From contig OY969807.1 in NCBI GenBank assembly GCA_963703285.1, positions 1,888,001 to 1,952,000 of the forward strand: a DNA stretch of 64,000 nt, in the 5' to 3' direction. The position numbers were made by a program, and so were the translations under genes. Each line of letters begins with the position of its first letter. The stretch's first letter is position 1. The notes below the pieces were generated by a model that had not been told where the DNA came from, ran no database searches, and was given only the letters and a program-made list of their open reading frames with translations. Source of the stretch: an uncultured Nitrososphaerota archaeon (GTDB lineage: Archaea > Thermoproteota > Nitrososphaeria > Nitrososphaerales > Gagatemarchaeaceae). Shown here in pieces: positions 19,830-28,525 of this stretch.

Positions 19830-21446
19830 ACGTCCTCGCCCTACTCCAGGAAGTCCTTCGCGGAGATTACGGAGTCGATACTCGAACAGCTAACCAAGGG
19901 CGTGGTCGACGAGAAGCACGTGTACGACTCGGCGAAGGTGAGGTACAAGCTTGGGACGGACGAGAGGGTGAGGTCGATAGCCAAGGTCGAGGGGACGGTC
20001 AAGGGCAACAGGCACGTCTTCTCGCCCGAATCCGACTACGCGCTCTCCGACAACATGCTCGAGTGGACCTCCGGCGCCAAGCCCGACCAGATGACGCCCT
20101 TCCGCGTAAGCTACTCCTTCGGTGTCCCGTCTCCGATAACGGACGTCAACACGGGGTCCGTCGTGAGAACGATTGTGGAGGCGATAGGGAGGGAGATGGA
20201 GTACCTATACGTCCAGATGGACTACGTGTACGCTTCGGGATTCATCGACACCGCGACGGGGAGCGCCCTCGACCAGGTCGTCGCCATGCTAGGCGCGAGG
20301 AGGAGACCGGCGCAGAAGGCGCGGGGCGCCGTCGTCTTCGGGAGGAAGAACCCGCCCCAGGAGGGGAGCAGCGTAGAGGAGGTCGTCCTGCACGAGGGAA
20401 GGACCGAGTACCCCCTCAAGCAATCTCCCGTGAAGGAGGTGACCTCGGTGCGCGGGAGGACGGCAGGGGCCCCCGTGCAGTTCAAGAAGGGCGTGGACTA
20501 CCGCCTCTCCGGAAACTCGCTGGTCTGGACCCCCGGGGGGACCTCTCCAGAGCAGGGAACCGAGTTCACCATTAACTACAAGACGTTCCAGCAGGTCACC
20601 ATACCACCCGCTACGAAGGTTTCGACCTTCTCCAAGCGCGGAGAAGACGCGGTCGTCTTCCACACCATTGGCACGGCGGCCTTGGGAAGGACGGAGGACG
20701 GCGCGTGGGAGGCGGAGGTCACGGTCGAGGCCGACGAGCCGGGTCAGCGGGGGAACGTCCTTCCTGGGACCGTGACGCTGATGCCGAAGCCGGTGGAGGG
20801 GGTCGAGTACACGATTAACAGGAGAACCATCAGCGGTGGCTCGCCCATCGAGATGGACGACGAGCTCCGTTCGCGGGCCAGGGGGGAGCTCAAGTCCTTG
20901 GGACGGGCTACCCGGACCGCCCTCAAACAGAGGATAGAGAATGTCGACGGAGTCCTCCGCCCCGTCAAGATAGAGGAGCTCCCGATACCCTTCAGCACGG
21001 AGGTTGGAGGGGCCCCCGTGCAGCTCCCCATCCCTGGAGTGGTCCGCGTGATTGTAGACGGCGGCGACATCGAGGAGATAAGGCGCGTCGTGGAGGAGAC
21101 GCGTGCTGCGGGTGTGCTGGTGGAGGTCGTGAGACCGAGGCAGGTCCTGTTGGGCGTCCAGGCGGTCGTGGAGCTCGAACGCAATGCTCGGCTCGAGAAG
21201 GTCCAGGCGCTCATACGGGAGCAGCTCGAGGGCTATGTCGATTCTCTGCAGACGGGAGACACGGTGATATTCAGTCGAGTAGCCTCGTTCATCCTCTCCG
21301 CCGAGGGAGTCCGCGACGTGAAGAGCATCCAGGTCCAGGCGTACCGGGAGGGACAAGCAGCCAGCTTCAACACCAACGTCAGCCTCGCCCAGGACGAGAA
21401 GGCCCGGCTTAGGGACGTCTCAATCCAGCCGGCAGGAGGCCCTTAG
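19830..21446 (+). CDS. Baseplate J/gp47-family wedge protein with two inserted beta domains; probable ACG start
   Basis: DVNTGSVVRTIVEA, FIDTATGSALD, A.EPGQRGNV, GGS..EMDDELRSR, TRAAGV; N-terminal RKSFAEITESILEQLT lies upstream of the track GTG; GGAGGT 8 nt before ACG 19830. Confidence 0.9.
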   Translation, partial: TSSPYSRKSFAEITESILEQLTKGVVDEKHVYDSAKVRYKLGTDERVRSIAKVEGTVKGNRHVFSPESDYALSDNMLEWTSGAKPDQMTPFRVSYSFGVPSPITDVNTGSVVRTIVEAIGREMEYLYVQMDYVYASGFIDTATGSALDQVVAMLGARRRPAQKARGAVVFGRKNPPQEGSSVEEVVLHEGRTEYPLKQSPVKEVTSVRGRTAGAPVQFKKGVDYRLSGNSLVWTPGGTSPEQGTEFTINYKTFQQVTIPPATKVSTFSKRGEDAVVFHTIGTAALGRTEDGAWEAEVTVEADEPGQRGNVLPGTVTLMPKPVEGVEYTINRRTISGGSPIEMDDELRSRARGELKSLGRATRTALKQRIENVDGVLRPVKIEELPIPFSTEVGGAPVQLPIPGVVRVIVDGGDIEEIRRVVEETRAAGVLVEVVRPRQVLLGVQAVVELERNARLEKVQALIREQLEGYVDSLQTGDTVIFSRVASFILSAEGVRDVKSIQVQAYREGQAASFNTNVSLAQDEKARLRDVSIQPAGGP

Positions 21447-21448
21447 AC

Positions 21449-22360
21449 TTGCAGCGGACCGCGCGGGTCGCCGAGAGGCTCCCAGAGTTCTATCGCTCCT
21501 GGGACCCAGATAGCGTCCTCTACGGGCTCATCAACGCCTTCGCCAGGTCGCTGAACGAGCAGCAACGGGACCTCTTCCGGATTCCGAGGACCCACTGGGT
21601 AGAGACGGCCCACCTCGCCGACCTCGACGCAATCGGTGCAATCTTCGACCTCCTGCGCTCTCCGGGAGAGACCGACGAGGACTACAGGATAAGGATCAAG
21701 AACGGCATCCAGCGGTTCAAGGGCGGCGGCACCAGGGAATCCGTGATATCGATGATGGCCGCGTTCCTGAAGACGGAGGGAGCCGAGCTCGAGCTGGTGG
21801 AGAACCCCGCCGCCCCGCTCGTCGTCACGCGTTCTGTCGCGGGCGACAGCGAGTGGACCCTCGGAAGCATGGGCGTGGAGGACGCCCCGCCTAGGATGGA
21901 GCTCTCGGTCGTTGACGAGGGCGAGAGGATAGTCGACCCGACCCTGACAGTCAAGGAGACGGGCGCCAGCGTCAGGTTCAGGGGGACCGTCGCCTACGGC
22001 CAGCGCCTGGTCATCGAGGGTGCGCGTGCGACGCTCGACGAGGAAGACGTCTCGGACAGCCTAGAACGGAAGGGCGAGCCCTCCCTCCTCCGGTCGGGGT
22101 CGACCTGGTCCTTCCACGAGGCGCTCTCCTCCCTGGTGGGGAGCTTCGACCGCTCCGTCTTCGATGGCTCCGTCTTCCAGAAGCCCGTGCCTAGGGTCCG
22201 CGTCAGGTTCGATTGGACCAGCAGGCAGCCCTGCGCCTTCGAGCTGGTCGTTCCCCGCCGCGCCCTGGAGAGGAGCCACTCATCGCCGGAGGAGGTCGAG
22301 GGCCTCCTCAATATTATAAGGGCCCAGGGAGTCAGGGCGACCCTAAGAGTCAAGGAGTAG
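21449..22360 (+). CDS. Baseplate wedge protein (P2 gpI/gp7-like)
   Basis: RLPEFY, LDAIGAIFDLLRSPGETDEDYRIRI, GGGTRES, IRAQGV; follows baseplate J. Confidence 0.75.
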   Translation: MQRTARVAERLPEFYRSWDPDSVLYGLINAFARSLNEQQRDLFRIPRTHWVETAHLADLDAIGAIFDLLRSPGETDEDYRIRIKNGIQRFKGGGTRESVISMMAAFLKTEGAELELVENPAAPLVVTRSVAGDSEWTLGSMGVEDAPPRMELSVVDEGERIVDPTLTVKETGASVRFRGTVAYGQRLVIEGARATLDEEDVSDSLERKGEPSLLRSGSTWSFHEALSSLVGSFDRSVFDGSVFQKPVPRVRVRFDWTSRQPCAFELVVPRRALERSHSSPEEVEGLLNIIRAQGVRATLRVKE

Positions 22361-22372
22361 GTGCATCGTTGG

Positions 22373-23023
22373 ATGACAGAGTTTAAACCGAGACCTGCGC
22401 AGCCGGGCGAGCCGATCAAGTCCGAGGACTGGAACTACGTCCAGCAGGGCCTCCTGGACGAGATCCTCGCGCTGCGGGCGCGGTGCGACGACCTCCGGAA
22501 GTACGTCGACAACATGTCCGTCCTCCACACCATGACCAACCTCGAGAGCGCCGAGGGCAAGTCATACGGGCTCGATGAAACGGTGCCCGGCGAGGTGGGG
22601 AACTACGGTGCCGGCGTCGTTGGGCTGATCTCGCGGCAGTGGGTACCGCCCCTGAAGGGGAACGTCGGAATCTGCAGGTTCACCCTGACGAACGCCTTCG
22701 ACCAGCTCGACTTCTGGGCCGGAGCCGAGGGAGGCAACAGGAGGGCCCTCGAAGTCACGCTGAACTACGCGGACGGGACGACAGAGACCTTTCCTGACCT
22801 TTACGTCCACGACAGAGCAGCGCTTGCGCCAGCCGGAGACGACAATCCGTTCGTCGAGTACATCCTCTCTCCCTCGCAGTGGGTCTGGTACCGGTACAGG
22901 TTAGCCAACCCGCACCCGGAGCGCGAGGTCATCTCCGTCTCCTTCGCGAACGCGAGCCCCGAGGCCCGCGGCAGGATCGGAAACGTGGTTCAGCTCCGAG
23001 TCAAGGTCAGACAGCTAGCGTGA
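22373..23023 (+). CDS. Short tail-fibre / receptor-binding-like protein
   Basis: N-terminal PGEPIKSEDWNYVQ fibre-attachment-like motif, short coiled coil, beta-sandwich C-terminus (NPHPEREVISVSF); position after the wedge genes. Confidence 0.5.
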   Translation: MTEFKPRPAQPGEPIKSEDWNYVQQGLLDEILALRARCDDLRKYVDNMSVLHTMTNLESAEGKSYGLDETVPGEVGNYGAGVVGLISRQWVPPLKGNVGICRFTLTNAFDQLDFWAGAEGGNRRALEVTLNYADGTTETFPDLYVHDRAALAPAGDDNPFVEYILSPSQWVWYRYRLANPHPEREVISVSFANASPEARGRIGNVVQLRVKVRQLA

Positions 23024-23029
23024 TGGTGG

Positions 23030-23740
23030 ATGCACGAACTCTCTGAACGGGTCGTCGACGTCCTGAAGGAGAGGCTGGAGATTGTCCCGGCACAGAGCAT
23101 CGCGGCGAGGACCCCGGGCGGGAAGAAGGTGCCAAAGCTCCCGTTCGTCTTCGTCTACACGCCCGAGTTCACCTTCGAGGATGCGGGCGTAGGAGGAGGA
23201 AGCGTGCAGGTATCCGAGGAGGTCGAGGACACCCGGGAGGGCAACGGCAAGGGTGCGACCTTCAAGCTGTCGCAGAGGGCCCAGAGGCCGCTCAAGTCCG
23301 TCGAGTCTCCCTCCGGCTCGCAGCTCATCGAGGGGTCAGACTTCACGGTGAACTACGGGACGGGGAGGGTCACCTTCGAGAAGCCGCCGAAGGACGGGGC
23401 GGCCGTCGTCTTCCGCTACCTGTCAGCGGCAAGTGCGGGGAGGACGCGTGCGGTGAGGCTCAGCGTTGTCCTGCACGTCGACGTTTGGGGCGAGGACGAG
23501 GCGAGCGTCGACGACATCGTCCTAGACGTGATAAAGGGGATGGTGCTCTCCCAGGAGGCCCTCACGCGGAGAGGACTAAACCTCAAACCCTCGAAGGGCT
23601 TCATCCTGGGCCAGGAGGACGGCCTCCCCGACGAGATCTTCGCGCAGCGGGTCGTCTACACCGCCGAGACAGAGGTGCAGGCCAGGGAGTCGATCCCGAG
23701 GATTGAGAGCATCGAGGTCCGACAGAAGCCCCCGCTGTGA
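23030..23740 (+). CDS. Tail terminator / completion (cap)-like protein with inserted beta domain
   Basis: LPFVFVY...LHVDVWGEDEASVDDI terminator-like pattern; insert DFTVNYGTGRVTFEKPPKDGAAVVFRY. Confidence 0.5.
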   Translation: MHELSERVVDVLKERLEIVPAQSIAARTPGGKKVPKLPFVFVYTPEFTFEDAGVGGGSVQVSEEVEDTREGNGKGATFKLSQRAQRPLKSVESPSGSQLIEGSDFTVNYGTGRVTFEKPPKDGAAVVFRYLSAASAGRTRAVRLSVVLHVDVWGEDEASVDDIVLDVIKGMVLSQEALTRRGLNLKPSKGFILGQEDGLPDEIFAQRVVYTAETEVQARESIPRIESIEVRQKPPL

Positions 23741-23789
23741 GAGAGATGTACACCGCGAGCGCAACCCCGAGCGAAGCCAGGGCGAGAGC

Positions 23790-24419
23790 ATGAGCGGCAT
23801 CGTCGACTCGATGAGGAAGATAGCTCAGGCCGAGGTGAGGAAGCTGCACCTCTCGGAGCTGGGAGTCGTCACCTCCGTCTTCCCGCACTCCGACGAAGGG
23901 GACAACGACAACTATGAATGCAACGTCAAGCTCAGGGACAGGGACATCGAGCTAAGGAAGGTCCCCGTGGCCACCTCGCAGGTGGGCCTCGTCAACCCCC
24001 CTCACGTGGGCGACCTCGTCCTGCTCGCCTTCGTCAACGGGGACTTCAACTCGCCGATAATCATAGGTCGGCTGTACAACGACGAGGACAGGCCCCCCAC
24101 GAGCCAGAGCGAGGAGGTGGTCTACAAGCCGGCCTACGACAAGAACGCCGACCTGCGCAGGGTCCACCTCGAGCTCCCCGAGGGCGACGTGAAGGTCACG
24201 ATCCAGGACGAGCAGCTGATCCTCCACGTCGGCGAGACGGACGTCACCGTCAGCAAGGAGAGCGTGACACTCGAGACGAAGAAGCCGATCACGATCAAGA
24301 CAGAGGATGACCTCTCGATCAAGGCGAAGAACATCAAGTTCGAGAGCGACGCCGCGACGGAGATCACCGCCTCGGGGAAGATGACCTTGAAGGGAGCGAC
24401 TGTGGAGATCAACCCGTAG
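23790..24419 (+). CDS. Baseplate spike protein (gpV/gp5 OB-fold plus beta-helix)
   Basis: LGVVTSV, PPHVGDLVLLAFVNGDFNSPIIIGRLYN; repetitive beta-helix end ...MTLKGATVEIN. Confidence 0.9.
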   Translation: MSGIVDSMRKIAQAEVRKLHLSELGVVTSVFPHSDEGDNDNYECNVKLRDRDIELRKVPVATSQVGLVNPPHVGDLVLLAFVNGDFNSPIIIGRLYNDEDRPPTSQSEEVVYKPAYDKNADLRRVHLELPEGDVKVTIQDEQLILHVGETDVTVSKESVTLETKKPITIKTEDDLSIKAKNIKFESDAATEITASGKMTLKGATVEINP

Positions 24420-24429
24420 GTGCGGATGG

Positions 24430-24747
24430 ATGCCGAGCGCCGCCAGGCAGACCGACCAGGTGCAGGGGAACTGCGCGCACGGGTGCCCGGTCTGCCCCCA
24501 CCCGGTGGCCGGGATGATAGCCTCGGGCTCTCCGGACGTCCTGATCAACAGCCTGCCCGCGGCCCGAAAGGACGACAAGGGGCTGCACGCCGCGTGCTGC
24601 GCCGCCAACAACTTCACCATCTCCAACGGCTCCGCCACGGTGAAGGTGAACGGGAAGCCCATGGCCCGGGCCGGTGACCCGACACAGCACTGCGGCGGCA
24701 GCGGTACGATCTCGGCTGGGAGCCCCACCGTAATCGTGGGTGGGTGA
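24430..24747 (+). CDS. PAAR-repeat spike tip protein
   Basis: PSAAR, GSPDVLINSLPAAR, GSATVKVNGKPMARAGD; His/Cys metal ligands. Confidence 0.95.
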   Translation: MPSAARQTDQVQGNCAHGCPVCPHPVAGMIASGSPDVLINSLPAARKDDKGLHAACCAANNFTISNGSATVKVNGKPMARAGDPTQHCGGSGTISAGSPTVIVGG

Positions 24748-24751
24748 AGGC

Positions 24752-25570
24752 ATGCCGGCCCCCGACGCGAACCTGATGTCTCAGCTCGTCAAGGCCAACT
24801 TCCTCTCCAAGGGCATCAAGGTCCCCTCCTCCTGGGACGCGAGCCTGGAGGACAAGTACAACGGGAAGGTCGATGACTTCAAGCCTGGCGTCCCGCGGCC
24901 CACGAACATCTTCGTCCCTCCCAGCGCGGACAAGATAGCGGTGGACGCCTGCAACAAGGTCAGCGAGGGTTTCGAAGGTTTCATCGACGACGTCTGCGGG
25001 GCGGTCTGCGGTTGCTGGAGCACCTGGCAGAGCACGGTCCAGTTCGTCGGGGTAATCATCAACGCGGGGGTCGGGATACTCCCGCCGGGAGGGATGGTCG
25101 GGGGCGGACTGATGGCTGGTCCGATGATCCTCGCCAGAATGAAGCAGAAGGGTGGCAACTACGCCCTCTACGGCAACGCCATCGCCTCCGCTATAGGTCA
25201 AGCTTGGACCGCGTGGGAGCTTGGCTACACGAACCCGGCCCTCCCGTTCCCCGGAGGGATGGTCTGCTCGACAACCATGCCGCCCTCCCCCAACACGCCC
25301 CTCCCCCTGGTGTCGGGGATGTCGCCGGGCGACGCGTTGATGGACGGGGCGTTGCTGAAGCTCTCTATGCTTGGGATGCTGGGTGCCCCCGGCGAGCACG
25401 CTGAGCCGCTTTGTGACTCGGTCGCCCAGGCGTTCGCCCAGCTCTTCCTGACTTGGAAGGGAACCACGATGATTTCGAATGTCCTGGGGGCGGGCGGCGT
25501 CGCCCCTCCTCCTCCCGCCCCTCCGGGTCCCGTCGCGGGTGCGGTGGGGAACGGGGGTAGCTTGGTGTGA
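24752..25570 (+). CDS. Gly/Pro-rich hydrophobic protein of unknown function, last gene of the tail operon
   Basis: GGTGA RBS, 4 nt after the PAAR stop; three internally similar helical segments each containing a W (CWSTWQ, AWTAWE, FLTWK). Confidence 0.65.
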   Translation: MPAPDANLMSQLVKANFLSKGIKVPSSWDASLEDKYNGKVDDFKPGVPRPTNIFVPPSADKIAVDACNKVSEGFEGFIDDVCGAVCGCWSTWQSTVQFVGVIINAGVGILPPGGMVGGGLMAGPMILARMKQKGGNYALYGNAIASAIGQAWTAWELGYTNPALPFPGGMVCSTTMPPSPNTPLPLVSGMSPGDALMDGALLKLSMLGMLGAPGEHAEPLCDSVAQAFAQLFLTWKGTTMISNVLGAGGVAPPPPAPPGPVAGAVGNGGSLV

Positions 25571-25576
25571 ACGCTG

Positions 25577-26362
25577 TCAGGCGTTCTGCACAGGAGGAGG
25601 GGCTTCCGGCGCGGCGTTCTGGGGCTGCGCCGTTCCGCACGAGTAGCAGAACGAGGCAACCCTCGGGAGCTCGGCCCCGCAAGTCAGGCACTTCTTCGTC
25701 GCGATGCCACTGAAGGCCTCCTGCGGGATGCCGCAGTTCCAGCAGAAGGGAGCCTTGACGGGGATGGTGGTGTCGCAGTTCATGCAGAATTTGGTCTCGC
25801 GTCCGACGCCCTGGATGTTTGCCCTCGGCATCATGACCGAGAGCACCAGCGTCATCTTGCCCATGCTGCTCCTGAGGAAGGCGCCCCGTCCCTTGACTAT
25901 GTAGCTGACCTCGAACGTGTTGATTATCCCCTTGTCGCTTGTCTGGATGTACTGCGTGACGTCGACGTTGTCCTTCTTGATGGACCGCAGCTTCCCGGGA
26001 TCCGACGGCATGTCCTTTATCTCGACCATCTCACCGTTGATTCTTATCGCCCTCACCGGATCGAGGTAGGTGCTCCTCGTGTCTGTAAAATCCGCGAAGA
26101 AGGACATCACAACTCGCTCAGGCTGGTTGTACGCCAGCATCACGCTCTTCCTCGCCGGAGGGTGGCCGATCGTCTCGCCCGCCCAGACGACCTTGATGTA
26201 GTCAGCCTTCGGGAGGGGCCCCTGATCCTTCAGGACCGTCTGCTGGACGGGCATCTTCCTGATTGTCTTGACCACGCCCTCCCAGAAGACGACGACGAAG
26301 GTCGCGACTACCCCCGCGACGATCAGCCCTATCACGAGCCACTCCCAGGGTTCGAGGGCCAT
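25577..26362 (-). CDS. Membrane-anchored double zinc ribbon protein
   Basis: N-terminal TM helix; four CxxC pairs (CMNC, CWNC, CLTC, CYSC). Confidence 0.75.
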   Translation of the reverse strand: MALEPWEWLVIGLIVAGVVATFVVVFWEGVVKTIRKMPVQQTVLKDQGPLPKADYIKVVWAGETIGHPPARKSVMLAYNQPERVVMSFFADFTDTRSTYLDPVRAIRINGEMVEIKDMPSDPGKLRSIKKDNVDVTQYIQTSDKGIINTFEVSYIVKGRGAFLRSSMGKMTLVLSVMMPRANIQGVGRETKFCMNCDTTIPVKAPFCWNCGIPQEAFSGIATKKCLTCGAELPRVASFCYSCGTAQPQNAAPEAPPPVQNA

Positions 26363-26418
26363 CGGGAATCGGCAAGAAAGCCGCGCGAACCGTATTTAAG
26401 GCTTGGACGTGACCGCGC

Positions 26419-27585
26419 TCACAGGATGGGTACAGAGCAAATCCTCGTCTGGCAGACGGAGTAGAATAGCCACCAGATGAGGATCGTCGAGGCGACTGGG
26501 ATGACGATCAACGTTACCCTGTCCACCCAGCGGATGAGCCCCGCGTGCTTCTCCGGGCTCAGCCACTTCTGCACAACCGTTATGCCCAGCCCGTACATGA
26601 GCACGACGTAGAGCACCATGACGGTCCTGTCCGCCAGTGTGAACGTCCCCGTCGCTGGTATGTTCTGGTCGAAGTTGATCTGGAGCAGCACCGCCGACAG
26701 AACCGCCGTGACGAGGAGCGCGAGCCTCTCTTCGAACTTCTCGATTGGGATGAAAAACGAGACGAGAGTCAGCGCGAGGAGGATTGCGATCGGAAGCAGC
26801 AGAGTGCTCACCGTGTTCGCGAACGGTCTCCTGATGGTGAACGACGCGTCAAAGTGCGAGTAGCTCGAGGTCGTGTTCATACCGGGGATCACACCGTACC
26901 CGAAGGCGCTCGCGTAGAGGTGGTTCGTGACGGTGACCGAGAACGAACTCGCGTCGTAGTTCCACCCCGGTATCCCGTTCCCTGACGTGATCGAGGGATC
27001 GATGCTGCTCCCGCTGTCGGGGACGTAGACCAGCGTCGAGTTCGGATAGAAGCTGTCCTCGATTTCGATGGAGAGTGTCTGCACGTCGAGGGGATAGTTC
27101 TGGAGCACGATGGGGTCGTGCATGGACGCGTGCACCCTGTATTCGAGGAAGTTGTAGCCGCTTCCGTTGTAATCAGGCTGGGCGGATATCAGAGTCAACC
27201 CCATCACCTGCCCGTTCATCAGCTCGAAGTGGATCGGGAACGCGTACTCGGCGAGCTGAGAGTAGCTCCCGGTCGGGTTCGCCTCCGCCGCGGCGATGTC
27301 GGCCGCCACGGTCGCGTTCACATCCCCCTCCGTCCAGTTCCCCTGCCACCTGAACCATAGGTAGAAGTCGGCGTCGAACGAGCCCGTCGTCTGGTCCAGA
27401 CCCGCCACGTCGTTCAGGTACAATCCCACCGTCACCTGGCGCGGCTGGGGCGCGCTCTGGCTCTGACCCAGTACCGGCGCCGCGCACGAGAGGAGGAGGA
27501 GCACGAGGACGGGGAGCGCCAAAAGCACACCCCAGCCCCGGCGGGACCCGGCCCTCCTCGATGATGGGTACAACGGATTCACCAA
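26419..27585 (-). CDS. Pentameric ligand-gated ion channel subunit (GLIC/ELIC-like), copy B
   Basis: Signal peptide; VTVGLYLNDV, FDADFYLWFRW, Pro-loop NYPLDVQTL, GW, LLLP in M1, four TM helices. Confidence 0.85.
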   Translation of the reverse strand: MVNPLYPSSRRAGSRRGWGVLLALPVLVLLLLSCAAPVLGQSQSAPQPRQVTVGLYLNDVAGLDQTTGSFDADFYLWFRWQGNWTEGDVNATVAADIAAAEANPTGSYSQLAEYAFPIHFELMNGQVMGLTLISAQPDYNGSGYNFLEYRVHASMHDPIVLQNYPLDVQTLSIEIEDSFYPNSTLVYVPDSGSSIDPSITSGNGIPGWNYDASSFSVTVTNHLYASAFGYGVIPGMNTTSSYSHFDASFTIRRPFANTVSTLLLPIAILLALTLVSFFIPIEKFEERLALLVTAVLSAVLLQINFDQNIPATGTFTLADRTVMVLYVVLMYGLGITVVQKWLSPEKHAGLIRWVDRVTLIVIPVASTILIWWLFYSVCQTRICSVPIL

Positions 27586-27598
27586 CAGCCCTGCCTCG

Positions 27599-28525
27599 TC
27601 AGGCGAAGCCCACCAGCTGGAGACCCAGGAAGATTACCACCACGGCGGGGACGAGCACCGCAGCTTTCAAGTTAATCCTCTCCGCCCTCTCCTTGTCGCC
27701 GTTGACGACCATCCTCGTCAGCAAAATCGAGACACCAATGCTATAGACGAAGAGGAAGAAGACGGTTACCGAGATCTCTTCAGAGAGGGTGAGGTACCCG
27801 ACCGATGGAACCTCCGACATCGTCTGAACCGTCAGCGCGACCGCTGAGAGCAGGGTGGTGACCGAGAGGAACGTCCTCTCGAAGGTCCGCTCGACTGGGA
27901 GCAGAAAGACCATCATTCCGATCAGCGTCACCAGCATAATCGGCAGTACGTTCTCTATGAAGGACTGCGTCGCAAACCTGCTGATCGTGACGGAGAAGAC
28001 CGCACTCGAGAAGACCTGCCCGGGATACGAATGGGTCGTGACGCGCATGGTCCCGTTGGAGAGCTGCCATCCTGATACGCCGGCGTTCGTCTCGAACCCG
28101 CTCGCCGGGTCGGGGGTGAAGACGAGCTGGCTCGCCGTGAGCGTCTTGTCCTCGATGTCTACCGCAAGCTGGTGGCTGTCGAAGGGGAACTTCTGGAAGT
28201 TGAAGGTCGTCTGGAAGGTACCCCAGACCCTGTACTCCTGGTACGCGCTCGTGTTCTGGATGATGTCCATCGAAGTAGCCTGGCCGTTCGTGAACTCATA
28301 GTCGACGTAGTGCGGGTTCCCAGTCGAGTTGAACCAGAGGTAGAAGTCGAGGCTGTAGGTGCCCGCCTGAAGATTCACCGACTGCACGTTCACGAGGTAG
28401 ACCCCCACCTCGACGCTCGACGGGGTCGCCGTCTCGGTCTTCACAGCGGGTGTCAGGGAGAGGCCGAACGCTAACCCGACGAGGAGACCGAGCAGGAGCA
28501 CGGCCTGCGGATGCTTCGGCCTCAT
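27599..28525 (-). CDS. Pentameric ligand-gated ion channel subunit (GLIC/ELIC-like), copy A
   Basis: Signal peptide; VEVGVYLVNV, YSLDFYLWF, Pro-loop KFPFDSHQL, VLP in M1, PSVGYLT loop, four TM helices. Confidence 0.87.
   Translation of the reverse strand: MRPKHPQAVLLLGLLVGLAFGLSLTPAVKTETATPSSVEVGVYLVNVQSVNLQAGTYSLDFYLWFNSTGNPHYVDYEFTNGQATSMDIIQNTSAYQEYRVWGTFQTTFNFQKFPFDSHQLAVDIEDKTLTASQLVFTPDPASGFETNAGVSGWQLSNGTMRVTTHSYPGQVFSSAVFSVTISRFATQSFIENVLPIMLVTLIGMMVFLLPVERTFERTFLSVTTLLSAVALTVQTMSEVPSVGYLTLSEEISVTVFFLFVYSIGVSILLTRMVVNGDKERAERINLKAAVLVPAVVVIFLGLQLVGFA

Larger units (their letters stand above)
9677..25570 (+). other. Headless contractile phage-tail gene cluster (archaeal contractile injection system / tailocin-like)
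   Basis: Co-oriented, tightly coupled sheath, tube, chaperones, tape-measure-position gene, hub, gp25, baseplate J and I, terminator, spike and PAAR; no capsid, portal, terminase or integrase recognised in the flanks. Confidence 0.9.

Noticed and set aside
9677-25570. Intact provirus
   Set aside because: No capsid, portal, terminase, integrase, replication genes or att sites recognised; both flanks are ordinary cellular genes.
9677-25570. Canonical bacterial T6SS
   Set aside because: No TssJLM membrane complex, TssA/K or ClpV recognised; sheath is a single phage-type gene and a tape-measure-position gene is present.
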